Virus record (IMG/VR): IMGVR_UViG_3300032046_000006
Span: 32,001-96,000 of that record
Length of the DNA: 64,000 nucleotides
Direction: 5' to 3' (one strand)
Origin: a virus
Shown here: piece after piece, positions 9,601-20,068 of the stretch
Position numbering within the stretch: the stretch's first letter is position 1
Layout of the letters: each line of letters begins with the position of its first letter
Position numbers and translations under genes: made by a program
Notes under the pieces: model-generated
What the model was told of the DNA's origin: nothing
Databases searched by the model: none
Seen by the model: only the letters and a program-made list of their open reading frames with translations

Positions 9601-10278
9601 ATGGAAAAAGAAATTAAAAGTGAGGAAACTAATAGACTTAAAGAAGCGGAACAAATGGTAAAAAAGTTCAATGAAGATACCGAGCTTTCTCAAGCGGAAG
9701 ATTTAATCAAAGATAACAAGTACTACTTTACTTATAATGCGATAAAATACAGAATCAAATTACTCGATTCATCAGACAAAGAAGAACTGGACTCCCTAAG
9801 AAGGAAAAAATTCAATAGTATGCTACAAGAAAAAGATGAAAATGGCAATTATGTTTATTTAACTGGAAAGAAGATAATTGAAATCGCCGAAGCAAGAGGC
9901 GACCTCAATGTTAAAGAAATAGATGAGAAAATTAAAGTTTTAGAAGCCCAAGAATTAGATTTGCAATTAAAATTGGGCGAAAGTCTTTCTAAAAAAGAAC
10001 CAGAAACCATCCTAAAAACCTATAAAGAACAAATAGATGAATTGAGACTCCAAAAATATATTTTATCAACTCAGAAAAGTTTACTTTTGGAATTTTCTCT
10101 TGAGAATCAGTTACTTGGTTATGTCGCAAAAATAATGACTTGGCTTTCATTGGAAAGATTAGAAGGAGAAATATGGCAGAGAGCATTTAAGATATTAGAA
10201 GATTTTGACAAATGCAAAGATGATACTTTAATAGAGAAAGCAGCAAAAATTGCTATTAAATTACAGTATGGGATATAA
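9601..10278 (+). CDS. Putative tail assembly chaperone
   Basis: Helical protein between tube and tape measure genes. Confidence 0.5.
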   Translation: MEKEIKSEETNRLKEAEQMVKKFNEDTELSQAEDLIKDNKYYFTYNAIKYRIKLLDSSDKEELDSLRRKKFNSMLQEKDENGNYVYLTGKKIIEIAEARGDLNVKEIDEKIKVLEAQELDLQLKLGESLSKKEPETILKTYKEQIDELRLQKYILSTQKSLLLEFSLENQLLGYVAKIMTWLSLERLEGEIWQRAFKILEDFDKCKDDTLIEKAAKIAIKLQYGI

Positions 10279-10280
10279 AA

Positions 10281-10661
10281 ATGCCCGATATTTATGATTC
10301 ATTAATTAAATTGGCGAAGAGTAATAAATATCAGAATCTCTTCACAGTTTCAAAAGAATTATCTGGAATAAAATTGTTTCATAATTCTACTGAACTATCT
10401 AATATTCAAGATATATTTTTAAATTATCTCTATATTTTTGATAGTATTAATCGGGATATAATAGTTGATAAAATAAGTGAACATGTTTTGGATGATGATA
10501 CGAATATATATTGGGAAAGCTATTTGTATTGGAAGAAAAAAAATAGGAACAAAGAACCTGAGCAAAAAGATAATAATAGAGTGAGTGAACTTAATTTGGT
10601 AGCGGGTAAAAAGGTAAATTTTCCAAATAAAAAAAATAAAAATAAGAAGGTTAAAAAATAA
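10281..10661 (+). CDS. Putative second tail assembly chaperone
   Basis: Immediately precedes tape measure; basic C-terminus. Confidence 0.45.
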   Translation: MPDIYDSLIKLAKSNKYQNLFTVSKELSGIKLFHNSTELSNIQDIFLNYLYIFDSINRDIIVDKISEHVLDDDTNIYWESYLYWKKKNRNKEPEQKDNNRVSELNLVAGKKVNFPNKKNKNKKVKK

Positions 10662-13600
10662 TGGATACTAAAACTTTTATAGGAATAATAAATCTTGAAC
10701 TTAATAAACAGGGAGTAGACGAAGGAATAAAAAAGACTGGTGCCACTATGGAAGAAGTGGCAGGAAAACCAATTACTTTTCCTTGGGTTGCCAAGGCATA
10801 TGAATCTCTAAAAAAGACCAGCGATGCAACTAAAGATTTTTCCTCTCAATTAGAAGGATTTAATGTAGTTAGTGCAAAATCTAATGAAATTTTTAAAGAG
10901 GGAGAATCGGTAGGTAGAAAAACGGCAGTAACTTTTAGAAACTTTGCTGGAGATATGGAAGTTGTTACAAGAGAATTTGATAAAGATGGAAAACTTGTTT
11001 CTCAAAGTATGCAATCTATGGGACAAGGTGCGGCACTTGGTGCAGTAGGTGTTAAAGATTTTTCTGGGGAATTGGAGGGATTTAGTAAAATTTCTACTAA
11101 AATAAATACTATTTTCGAACAAGGCAATGAAGTGGGAATGAAATCGGTAGAAACTTATAAAAATCAAGAAGGTGCCCTTAAAGCAGTTACTATGGGTTTT
11201 GATAAGCAGGGCAACATAGTTTCTCAATCATTGCAAGAAACCCAAAAACAGGCAGAAGCAGCAACTTATGCGGTCAAAGATTTTTCTACTCAACTTCAAG
11301 GATTTACTCTTATTGGAAGTAAAACTACGAGTATATTTAAAGCAAATAATGAAGAAACTAAACAAAGTATAGATATTTATAGAAATCAGTCAGGTGCAAT
11401 AAGACAAGTTACGACAGATGCAGATAAAAATGGAAAAGTAACTGGACAATCTCTAAGAGATATAACCAAGGGTGCAACACAAAGTGCAACTATGATGGAA
11501 CAACTCGGAATGGCTATGAAAAGAGCTTTAATTGTTGCTCCTGTATGGATGATTATGCGTGGTGCCATACAAGCACTTATGGTTCCTGTTAAAGAATTAA
11601 TTAAGGCATTTTTTGAATTAGAAACAGGTTTAGCAAAGGTAATGACAGTATCTCGAATTTCTGCTTCAGAACAAAATAAATTTTATGGAGAATTAACAGA
11701 GGTAGCATGGAAGTATTATAAAACCTCATCTGCTAGTATGAAAGAAATTACAGAAGCAATGTATCAAATAGGAACAGCAGGAAGAAGTACTGCGGAAATT
11801 TTACAGGGGTTTACTCATGTTTTAAATTTAAGTATCGCTACATTTGGTAATGTAACAGATGCGGGTAGAGTTCTTACAGGAATTTTAAATGTTTATGGGG
11901 GTTCGTTGGGCAACTTAATTACTGCCGAAGAAAAGATGAGATATATTTCTGATTTATTAGTTGATACATGGTCAAGACATCAAGTAGAATTAAATGAAAT
12001 ATCAACTGCAATAGGATATGTTGGCTCTGTATCGGAAGCTCTAGATATAGATTTAAAAACTTTAGTGGGAACTATAGGTTTTTTAAATGATGGTCTGCTC
12101 AGAGGTTCAAAAGCTGGAACTTCGTTATTAAATACGTTCGTTCAATTAGCAAAAAGTCCAGAAAAATTAAGAGATTTAGGAGTTGTTTTTGACCCAAGAA
12201 AACCCTTAGATTTAGTAGATGTAATGCAACAATTACATAATAGATTTATAGAAACTGGGAAATCGGTGGAATCAACGGGTGATATGTATGCCATATTTGG
12301 AAACAGGGGGGCTAAAGCAGTTGAAAGAATTATTCAAAATTGGGATAAATGGATAGAGTCTATTCAAAGAGGGGACGAAGAATTTCAAAAATTTGCAGAA
12401 AGAACAAAAAAGACCGCAGAAGAAACCCTGCCAAAAGCATTTGCCAAATTTTTAAAATTGGGGATGATGCCGAGTTTTCCTTCAAAAGGGAAAAATCCTC
12501 TTACTGAATGGCTCAATGAGCAATCCGATGCAATGATTAAAGCTAGTGAAAATTTAGAATTATATTATAAATTAGTTGCTAAAGGAATAAAATTACCAGA
12601 ATTACCTACGAAATGGGTAGGGGGAGATATTTTCGGAAGATTAGTTGGATTTGTTCCCGAAGATTTGGCAAAAAAATTAGAACCGATTAAAGAATTTTTA
12701 GATTTAATAGGAGTCGCAGAAATAGAAAAAGAATTAGGCAGACCAATAGGGGAAGTCGCAAGCAATTTAATGTCAGCAGGGCAAAGTGCAAAAGTATTAT
12801 TAGACCAAGCTGTAGCTAATAATGAAACGTGGGAACAAATGGCAGATAATGAAGGTAAAATAGTTGCTGATTTATTAAATATGACAGACGAAGAATTAAA
12901 ACAAAACAGTTATTTGAAAGAAATTTATGAATATAGATTAAAAAATAAAGTTGAGGTAGAAAAAGAAGGAGTAGGTCAGAGAGGACTGAGTTCTGAATTA
13001 AAGAGAAAATTAGAGTTGCAGGAACAGGAAGTTACTTATTCTCTAGCAAAAATGGCTGGAATGAAAGATGAAGAAATTACTTATGCAAAAATAGCAAATA
13101 AAGTTAATTATTTAAATAAATTAGCGTCGGAAGCAAATAAATCAAGAAAAGCAGAAGGAAAAGAGATTTATCAAATGGTAAATCTTTCAGATGTATTAAG
13201 TGGAAATTGGAAAAAAATTCAAGAATCTGGGTCGACTCTTTTGGATGAAGACAAAGACATAGTTGAATTGGATAAAATGCGGAATGATTTGCAAATTCAA
13301 ATTTCTCAACATGTACAGCAACAAGTATCTCTGGTTTCATCAGTATATCGATTTATGGGTTTGCAAGAATCTAGTATTATAAAACAAGAAATGATTTTTA
13401 AAGCAATAATGAATGGAGAAAAATATATAGTCAATAGTGAAGAAGATAGATTAAGATTAGCACAAGCATTAAGTGCAGAAATGACCGAACAGGAAAGGAA
13501 ATCCTCAAGTTTGGTTGAATTATATAAAATAGCAAAACAATATGGCATGGGAGTGGCTCAGGAAGTTTCTAATTTCTTGGGAGGAATATTAAAATTTAGT

Positions 13601-13912
13601 GAATTAAGTGCTGGAGCTATAAGTGCTTTGAGAAGAAATATTCCTGGGGAATATGAACAAGGTATTGCTGGTCAATATTTAGGAACCAAAATAAAATTCC
13701 CCGAAGAAATAGAAAAAGCAAGAATAGCAACCAGAAATATATCACTTCTAAATCAAATAATGGTAGAACCAATGACAGTAAACGTAAATCTGGATAGTCA
13801 GGGCATTACGGCAGAAATTTTAAAGAAAATAGCCCCTTTATTAGAATTAGAATTTGAAAAGAAAGGTTCTTCTTTGAATAATGTGTTACATAAAGAAATT
13901 AATATACATTAA
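10661..13912 (+). CDS. Tape measure protein (TP901-like core)
   Basis: 1083 aa helical; ELETGLAKV...EAMYQIGTAG...GSKAGTSL...IFGNRG core. Confidence 0.9.
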   Translation: MDTKTFIGIINLELNKQGVDEGIKKTGATMEEVAGKPITFPWVAKAYESLKKTSDATKDFSSQLEGFNVVSAKSNEIFKEGESVGRKTAVTFRNFAGDMEVVTREFDKDGKLVSQSMQSMGQGAALGAVGVKDFSGELEGFSKISTKINTIFEQGNEVGMKSVETYKNQEGALKAVTMGFDKQGNIVSQSLQETQKQAEAATYAVKDFSTQLQGFTLIGSKTTSIFKANNEETKQSIDIYRNQSGAIRQVTTDADKNGKVTGQSLRDITKGATQSATMMEQLGMAMKRALIVAPVWMIMRGAIQALMVPVKELIKAFFELETGLAKVMTVSRISASEQNKFYGELTEVAWKYYKTSSASMKEITEAMYQIGTAGRSTAEILQGFTHVLNLSIATFGNVTDAGRVLTGILNVYGGSLGNLITAEEKMRYISDLLVDTWSRHQVELNEISTAIGYVGSVSEALDIDLKTLVGTIGFLNDGLLRGSKAGTSLLNTFVQLAKSPEKLRDLGVVFDPRKPLDLVDVMQQLHNRFIETGKSVESTGDMYAIFGNRGAKAVERIIQNWDKWIESIQRGDEEFQKFAERTKKTAEETLPKAFAKFLKLGMMPSFPSKGKNPLTEWLNEQSDAMIKASENLELYYKLVAKGIKLPELPTKWVGGDIFGRLVGFVPEDLAKKLEPIKEFLDLIGVAEIEKELGRPIGEVASNLMSAGQSAKVLLDQAVANNETWEQMADNEGKIVADLLNMTDEELKQNSYLKEIYEYRLKNKVEVEKEGVGQRGLSSELKRKLELQEQEVTYSLAKMAGMKDEEITYAKIANKVNYLNKLASEANKSRKAEGKEIYQMVNLSDVLSGNWKKIQESGSTLLDEDKDIVELDKMRNDLQIQISQHVQQQVSLVSSVYRFMGLQESSIIKQEMIFKAIMNGEKYIVNSEEDRLRLAQALSAEMTEQERKSSSLVELYKIAKQYGMGVAQEVSNFLGGILKFSELSAGAISALRRNIPGEYEQGIAGQYLGTKIKFPEEIEKARIATRNISLLNQIMVEPMTVNVNLDSQGITAEILKKIAPLLELEFEKKGSSLNNVLHKEINIH
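10832..11497 (+). repeat. Three tandem 222-nt (74-aa) repeats within tape measure
   Basis: KDFS.QLEGF...DK.G..V.QS at 10832, 11054, 11276. Confidence 0.85.
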
Positions 13913-13944
13913 AATGATAAATTAAATACAGGAGGTCGAGCAAT

Positions 13945-14334
13945 ATGAGTGTTTATTTTAAATTATTTGAAAGCGATGGGACTACTCCAGTTTATATATT
14001 CCCTGTAGTATTTTCGGCAAATTATCCGCATACTGGAAAAAAGATAATTGAGTATACTAATCCAAGGGGAAAAGGAAGCATAACCTTGGATGGTGGCTCA
14101 GAATCCTGGGATTTATCCATTAAAGGAGTTCTTAAAGCAAATGATTATAATGCACTGATGACTCTGGTAGATGCTATGGAAGAAGATGTTGAATTAAATG
14201 TTCCCTATGTATTAACAATTACTGGGGGGTATTCTTATAATGTTAAAAGACTGATTCCAATTACTTATGAAGAAAATTCATTAAGAACAAACTATATAGA
14301 ATATACCTGTGTTCTTAGGTGTTTATCGTGGTAA
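13945..14334 (+). CDS. Putative distal tail (Dit-like) protein
   Basis: Directly after tape measure; P.GKGS...LSIKG motif. Confidence 0.55.
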   Translation: MSVYFKLFESDGTTPVYIFPVVFSANYPHTGKKIIEYTNPRGKGSITLDGGSESWDLSIKGVLKANDYNALMTLVDAMEEDVELNVPYVLTITGGYSYNVKRLIPITYEENSLRTNYIEYTCVLRCLSW

Positions 14335-14376
14335 TAATTTCTAAAAGAAAAGGAAATAAATGAGGAGGAATAAAAG

Positions 14377-15015
14377 ATGGGATTATCGATTTATGTAAAT
14401 CATACATCAGACGATGTACCGAGATTACCTAGCAATGAGAGCAAATATACTTTGATGGGAACTAATGATTTTTTACTTTTTTCTAATGGGTATACTGATT
14501 TTGTTTATGATGGTGCAGATATACCATCAGACCCAAATCAATTAACTTCTGCTGGGTCTTTAATTACAGCAGGTTTAGTTGATGTAACTCATTTTTACTT
14601 GGCAGATTATGATGCGGGAAAATTAAAAGAAATCTATAATGCTGGAAAACATAATAAAATGCACGCATTTTGTTTCTCTTTTAGTGCTGCAACTGCTTCG
14701 GAACCAAAATTAGAATTATGGGATGATAGTGACATGGATTCTTTTGACAGTTATGCGTTGGGTGCGGGAGTTGCAACTAATTCTATGATTAGGGGATTTG
14801 TAACTACCGATGCTACTCCCCCAGGTTCGGATGATTGGAATGGTATTATCTTGGCAGGAAGCGATTCAAGTCATGTGTTATGGTTGAATAAAGGTGCAGG
14901 AGAAAGTCCTTTAACTGCGGCAAAAGACCTCTATGCCAATTTGAGGGTAACGATACTTGGCTCGTACCCATATTCGTTTTCTCTAACACCGTGCATAGCA
15001 ATTAAATATACTTAA
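14377..15015 (+). CDS. Tail-associated structural protein
   Basis: Position; G/S/T/A-rich beta composition. Confidence 0.5.
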   Translation: MGLSIYVNHTSDDVPRLPSNESKYTLMGTNDFLLFSNGYTDFVYDGADIPSDPNQLTSAGSLITAGLVDVTHFYLADYDAGKLKEIYNAGKHNKMHAFCFSFSAATASEPKLELWDDSDMDSFDSYALGAGVATNSMIRGFVTTDATPPGSDDWNGIILAGSDSSHVLWLNKGAGESPLTAAKDLYANLRVTILGSYPYSFSLTPCIAIKYT

Positions 15016-15030
15016 TAAGAGGATAAAATC

Positions 15031-15606
15031 GTGAAATTAAATTATGAATTTTTAGATAATGAGAAGATTACCGCCCAATTTGTATTAGGCGATGTTGTGT
15101 GGATTGCTTTTGCTAGTGTCGATGGAATTAGCAAAGTATATGGATGTAGTATTTATGATTTGGATATAATATATTGGGAATTAGATGTTGTGGGAGAAAT
15201 CTCCTCAATTATCTCTATTGATACTTATCTATATTTGGCTTTGGATGATGATACCAATATTTGTGCCGAATTTAATAGTAGTAATCCTTCCGATATTTGG
15301 TATCTGGCAAAAGATGAAGAAGTAACAGAAGAAGCAATAGATTTGGTTTGGGATAGTCTATCTTATCAAGTTTATTTTTTATCTCCAGGATTAGCAACTG
15401 GAGAAAATGCAAAAATAACAGTATATGATTATAGTGATAATTATGTAGAAACTATAGATTTGCCTACAGTTTCTAATGCCTCTAAAATTTCTGCGGATGA
15501 AGATGGGAATTTATGGGTTCTATCTGATTTAGATTCAACGCCAATAATTACCAAGATATGGCAGGAGACGGGTGGCTGGGATTACTTTAGTTATCTTTTA
15601 GTATAA
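15031..15606 (+). CDS. Beta-propeller-like tail protein
   Basis: Acidic; recurring YLYLA, VYFL, NLWV blade-like strands. Confidence 0.45.
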   Translation: MKLNYEFLDNEKITAQFVLGDVVWIAFASVDGISKVYGCSIYDLDIIYWELDVVGEISSIISIDTYLYLALDDDTNICAEFNSSNPSDIWYLAKDEEVTEEAIDLVWDSLSYQVYFLSPGLATGENAKITVYDYSDNYVETIDLPTVSNASKISADEDGNLWVLSDLDSTPIITKIWQETGGWDYFSYLLV

Positions 15607-15635
15607 AGAGGAATAAAAATGAGAAGAGGATAATC

Positions 15636-15773
15636 ATGATAGAAAAAAGAGATTTCGTAGAGAGGACTATTTATCTTATTAGGAAATTATTAGAAGACCA
15701 TTTGCCCCAAGAAGATACATTAGCAGAGATGATTGATAAGAGGAATAAATTGTTGCAAAAATTTATTCAATAA
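15636..15773 (+). CDS. Small hypothetical protein (45 aa)
   Basis: Read manually; GAGGA SD. Confidence 0.5.
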   Translation: MIEKRDFVERTIYLIRKLLEDHLPQEDTLAEMIDKRNKLLQKFIQ

Positions 15774-15786
15774 AGGAATAAAATAA

Positions 15787-17811
15787 ATGTCATACACGAA
15801 TAGATTTATACATACCTCCGAAGAAACGGGAGCAAATTCCTATGCTTACATTATAACCGATACTTCTCCCGCAAAATTAATTAAAGTAGATTTATCTAAT
15901 CCTACGAGTTATGAAACTTATACTTTAGATGATACTGGAGAAGATTTAAATTATGGAAAAGCACTAATAATAAATGCTGATACAGAATATCTTTATGCTT
16001 CTTTTGATAATGGTTATGTTGCTAAAATTAGTTTAGATGACCCAAACAATAGGGAAATCTTTTATGTTGGAGAAGCCAATCAACTTAATGCTATTGCACA
16101 CGACCCTACTCGTTTACTTACTTTTGTAGGGGATAATATTTCTGGTTTGAGCGAATTTGTTATTGATGAATCCACTGTAAGTATAATAGATACAGATTTG
16201 AGAGTTTTATTGGAAGAAACAACTCTAATTAATACATACTTAGCGGTTTTGAATGGGGCAATAATAAATACTGATTTGCGTGTTAATAAAGAAACCATAT
16301 CCCTAATAAATACAGATTTACGAGTTAATAAATATACTTATGTGGATACTAATTTTTATCCTTTAGGAAGAGAAGATTTTCGCATATACATAGATGGCGA
16401 TGAATCGGCAAATGAATTGGGAGATGATGATTTAAAATTAGATTCTATTCAGATTACTCATACTATAGATAATAAAAGTATTGCAAAATTTACTCTACTT
16501 AGAAAACACGACGATATTGACAATCCCACGACTATTAGCGAGAATAATGCAGTAGAAATTTATCTTGGTAATAAGTTAGAGTTTACTGGAAAAATATCTA
16601 ACTTAGATTGCTCAAGCCAAGACGAAACTGTGGTGGTTTCTTGTGAATCAGATAGTATTACTGACGATTATGATTCGACACAAAAAGATTTACCATTAAC
16701 AACATTAAATACACAAATTCATTTATATGATGTATTATTAGACGACATAACAATTGATAATCCTATTTTGGATACTAGATTGATTATTGTTTCTGATGGT
16801 GGAAGGTATTGGACTGGTTCAAGTTGGAATAGAAAATTAAGTTTGGCTTTAACTTTTGTTAATTTTGCAACTGCATCGGCTTATTTGGAAACTAATATAG
16901 ACGATATTTTTATTAAAGGTAATCCCTCGATAGATAATTATGAAAGAAGTCCAAAATATTATAATGGAATTAGAGTTAATTTAGGAACTAAAATAGAAGA
17001 AAAAGTTAGTGGATGGGTTGCTTTGGCAAATTCTACAAAGACAGCAGAAGCAATAGAGGAAGGAACATTTAAATTTAATTCAGGATTTACTTATTTTTGG
17101 CATGTAGATGTTATACTATATGATTTGCCTTCTATTTCGACAGGTGTTAGTTCTACTCATACTCTTTTGCCTCATATAAGAACTGCTTTATATAAATATA
17201 TAGGCACCAGTTTATCTTCATTAAGTTCTGATTTATATGAAATAACTGGAGGATATTATCGCTATCAAAATATTTTAGATGATATAGAGACTGAATTGGG
17301 AGAGTATACTTTAGGAACTGCTCCTTATAAAGAAGTTTCGGCAAAAAATGGAATTAAAATAGCCAAAGGAAGATGGGTAGATAAAGATGATGGTCTTTAT
17401 TGGGATAAAGGAATATCTTATGATTATGAACAATATGCGAAAGATGTTGCTTCTGCGGAATATGCCAAAATTAAAAATATAAATGGAGATGTTTCCCCCA
17501 GAACTTCTGCGAGTATAGATTTAACACTTGATGGTTATTTATATTATGACTTAAATTTGCTCAATAGAATAAATCTAGTCAATACTACAATATTAAATGC
17601 TTATAAAAATTCTAATGGATTTCCGATAAGTATTAAACAAATAAATATAGACTCCAATTCTATGAAAGTTTCTATTTCATGTGATAATGAATATGCACAA
17701 AATGAATTAGATGTATTGGATACTATTTATGATAATGAACCATTAGAAACTCCAGAAACTTCGGTTAGATTATATAGAAAATTTGATTTACCACAATGGG
17801 AAAATGTCTAA
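15787..17811 (+). CDS. Tail-tip hub-like protein with N-terminal propeller and INTDLRV repeats
   Basis: SIAKFTL...VEIYLGNKLEFTGKI hub-type motif; four I(N/D)T.L.V repeats. Confidence 0.55.
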   Translation: MSYTNRFIHTSEETGANSYAYIITDTSPAKLIKVDLSNPTSYETYTLDDTGEDLNYGKALIINADTEYLYASFDNGYVAKISLDDPNNREIFYVGEANQLNAIAHDPTRLLTFVGDNISGLSEFVIDESTVSIIDTDLRVLLEETTLINTYLAVLNGAIINTDLRVNKETISLINTDLRVNKYTYVDTNFYPLGREDFRIYIDGDESANELGDDDLKLDSIQITHTIDNKSIAKFTLLRKHDDIDNPTTISENNAVEIYLGNKLEFTGKISNLDCSSQDETVVVSCESDSITDDYDSTQKDLPLTTLNTQIHLYDVLLDDITIDNPILDTRLIIVSDGGRYWTGSSWNRKLSLALTFVNFATASAYLETNIDDIFIKGNPSIDNYERSPKYYNGIRVNLGTKIEEKVSGWVALANSTKTAEAIEEGTFKFNSGFTYFWHVDVILYDLPSISTGVSSTHTLLPHIRTALYKYIGTSLSSLSSDLYEITGGYYRYQNILDDIETELGEYTLGTAPYKEVSAKNGIKIAKGRWVDKDDGLYWDKGISYDYEQYAKDVASAEYAKIKNINGDVSPRTSASIDLTLDGYLYYDLNLLNRINLVNTTILNAYKNSNGFPISIKQINIDSNSMKVSISCDNEYAQNELDVLDTIYDNEPLETPETSVRLYRKFDLPQWENV

Positions 17812-18239
17812 TGCCTATTTACGAAAAAACTACAAGAAAATTACAACACTTAACTAATAAAACTTTAGAAAATGAGGAACAACTAGCAAAAATAGATAAA
17901 GATTCTCCTCAAATAACCTCTTTTTATTATAATAAGAATATATCTAAATATTATATTTTTAATCGAAAAAAAATGGATAACATCAAGTCATTGACTACTC
18001 TGACCATTAATTTAAATAATTTTCCAGAAGAATATCTTCCTTATATTAATTTTGTCGCAATAAGTTATGGTATTACTGGAGTCCCTAACTTTGTTTTTAA
18101 TGGTTTAAACTATTCTTTTTTTCAAGTAGCACAACATAATTATAGATTAGAGTTCACTAATTGTAACTTCAACTTTGTTTACACTGCTTTTTTTTCGTTA
18201 TACTTTACAATAAATTTACCAAGAGATTATAATAATTAA
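17811..18239 (+). CDS. Tail-tip protein, paralog family member 1
   Basis: N-terminal coil and NFP motif shared with 19559 ORF. Confidence 0.5.
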   Translation: MPIYEKTTRKLQHLTNKTLENEEQLAKIDKDSPQITSFYYNKNISKYYIFNRKKMDNIKSLTTLTINLNNFPEEYLPYINFVAISYGITGVPNFVFNGLNYSFFQVAQHNYRLEFTNCNFNFVYTAFFSLYFTINLPRDYNN

Positions 18240-18250
18240 AGGAAAGAAAT

Positions 18251-18397
18251 ATGAATACAATAAAAAAATTACTCGATAAAACAGAATCTACAAAACAACA
18301 AATAGAAAGAATAGATATAAAAAAAAGAAAATTAACTCCCCACAATAAAGTTAAGAGAATAATTACCTTATTGACCGATTGGGTTAAGTATAATTGA
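18251..18397 (+). CDS. 48-aa ORF matching the N-terminal part of the paralog family
   Basis: MNTIKKLLDKTE...KRIITLLTDWVKYN read manually; AAGGAA upstream. Confidence 0.55.
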   Translation: MNTIKKLLDKTESTKQQIERIDIKKRKLTPHNKVKRIITLLTDWVKYN

Positions 18398-18405
18398 GGA
18401 ATAAT

Positions 18406-19569
18406 ATGCCTTTTGAATATCCTGAAAAAATAAATTCAAATATCCCCATAGCACTAAATATAGACTTGCCTATTACTGAAGATATGCTATCGTGGGTAAA
18501 AGTTACTCCTTTGATAATCGGTAAAGGTGCAGAAGAATTAAGTTTTTTTGATAGTTATAAAATACCTACATGGAAAGAGAATTGGGAAATTATTGCAGAT
18601 GGGCAAACCTTATGGAAAGGCAATTTTGCTCCAGGGGAAGCCACAGTAAACGCATTTTATGATTATGAAAACACAAGAGATGGAGTATATGTTTATAATC
18701 CTGAAGGATATTATCCCGATTGGTGGTATAATGGTTCTGAACAATCTGTTGATTTTTCCAATCTTTATAATTGGTATATTTTTGGATGGGATAAAAACTT
18801 AGATAATCAATATTTGTCGAGAGCAAAATATACTTATTTGGGAGGGGCTTGGTGGGAAAATCCCCCAATAACAAGATTAGTTAGATGGATTAATTCTGAT
18901 ATTATTTTTGAAGATTTTCGGTGGTGGAAGGGAAGTGATTGGACAATAATTCCTGGGCATTATTTTTGGTATAACATGTTTTTTCGGATGAATATAGAGT
19001 TTCCATATTGTTCAAATTTGATGTGGGCTAAAGTTTTAAAATCAGATTATAGTATAAAAGAAGTATGTCTTCCAGAAAGTGTTTTTATGGTTGTAAGCGA
19101 TTATGGTGGATTAAATCCAGAAAATCCTCCCGATATTCCCAGTCCTATTCCTTTTGATACAATACAAATAAAGAGAAACATACCAGATATAGAAGAATAT
19201 CAAATCTCTTCTTCTTATTTTTCATATTTTCAATTGTCCAAAAATTTTACTAGAATAAATGATAATAAGTTCAATCTTTCTATCAGTGGAAATATATATG
19301 TAAGTAATAAACCAATTTTATTTGATGAAACTTCATATCCAACTTTAGATAATACTTATGTTTTAAATAGGCAAATTACTCCAGGGCAAATACCAGGTGG
19401 TGGTCATGCGATATGGAGATATAGATGGTCATTTAATTTAGTTTCATCTACTATATCTTCTCTAATAAAAAGAACTCCCTTACCATTAAATCCTACTGTT
19501 CATACTAAATTTTTAGTAACTATAGTAAATCCTAATAGCAATGAGGAAGTGCAAAGATATGAAATATGA
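18406..19569 (+). CDS. Putative receptor-binding/tail-tip protein (Trp/Tyr-rich)
   Basis: GAGGA SD; aromatic-rich; end of tail module. Confidence 0.5.
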   Translation: MPFEYPEKINSNIPIALNIDLPITEDMLSWVKVTPLIIGKGAEELSFFDSYKIPTWKENWEIIADGQTLWKGNFAPGEATVNAFYDYENTRDGVYVYNPEGYYPDWWYNGSEQSVDFSNLYNWYIFGWDKNLDNQYLSRAKYTYLGGAWWENPPITRLVRWINSDIIFEDFRWWKGSDWTIIPGHYFWYNMFFRMNIEFPYCSNLMWAKVLKSDYSIKEVCLPESVFMVVSDYGGLNPENPPDIPSPIPFDTIQIKRNIPDIEEYQISSSYFSYFQLSKNFTRINDNKFNLSISGNIYVSNKPILFDETSYPTLDNTYVLNRQITPGQIPGGGHAIWRYRWSFNLVSSTISSLIKRTPLPLNPTVHTKFLVTIVNPNSNEEVQRYEI

Positions 19570-20068
19570 TAATCTTACTCATAAAATAGAAACTATATGG
19601 AATAAAACAGAAGAGAATAGCACCAATTTAAATAGAGTTAAATCTATAAATAGGAAGAATCCTACCAATTATAATGCTAAAAAAATATTTTCGTTAGAAA
19701 CCGATTGGGAAAAAATGGAAGTATTTGCTCACTATGATATAAATGATGAGATAGATTATTATGGGGCTTTTTATAAGACTTATGAGATAACTATAGTAAA
19801 TTTTCCTTTAAGATTTTTAAATTGTATAGATTGTTGTGTATTATATCAATATACAATGCCAGCAATTGATAGTTTAAATTTATCCGGTAGTAGTAGTAAA
19901 TTTGTTTATATTTATGATTTAGATACTACGGAAGAGATTAATGATGCAGTAAAAACAGTAAAAATTTATGTTAGCCATCTACTTGCCCCTACTTCAAACC
20001 CTACCACAAAATATCAAGTCTATTCTAAATTAAAAATGACCATCGCAAACAATCAATCTTATAAATAA
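19559..20068 (+). CDS. Tail-tip protein, paralog family member 3
   Basis: KIETIWNKTE...KKIFSLETDWEK; last + strand gene. Confidence 0.5.
   Translation: MKYDNLTHKIETIWNKTEENSTNLNRVKSINRKNPTNYNAKKIFSLETDWEKMEVFAHYDINDEIDYYGAFYKTYEITIVNFPLRFLNCIDCCVLYQYTMPAIDSLNLSGSSSKFVYIYDLDTTEEINDAVKTVKIYVSHLLAPTSNPTTKYQVYSKLKMTIANNQSYK

Noticed and set aside
10255-10290. Tail chaperone programmed -1 frameshift
   Set aside because: No convincing XXXYYYZ slippery site near the end of 9601-10278, and the next ORF has its own ATG
18380-18410. Frameshift joining the 18251 ORF to the 18406 ORF
   Set aside because: The downstream frame has TAA at 18391-18393, leaving almost no shift window; an SD and ATG are present for reinitiation
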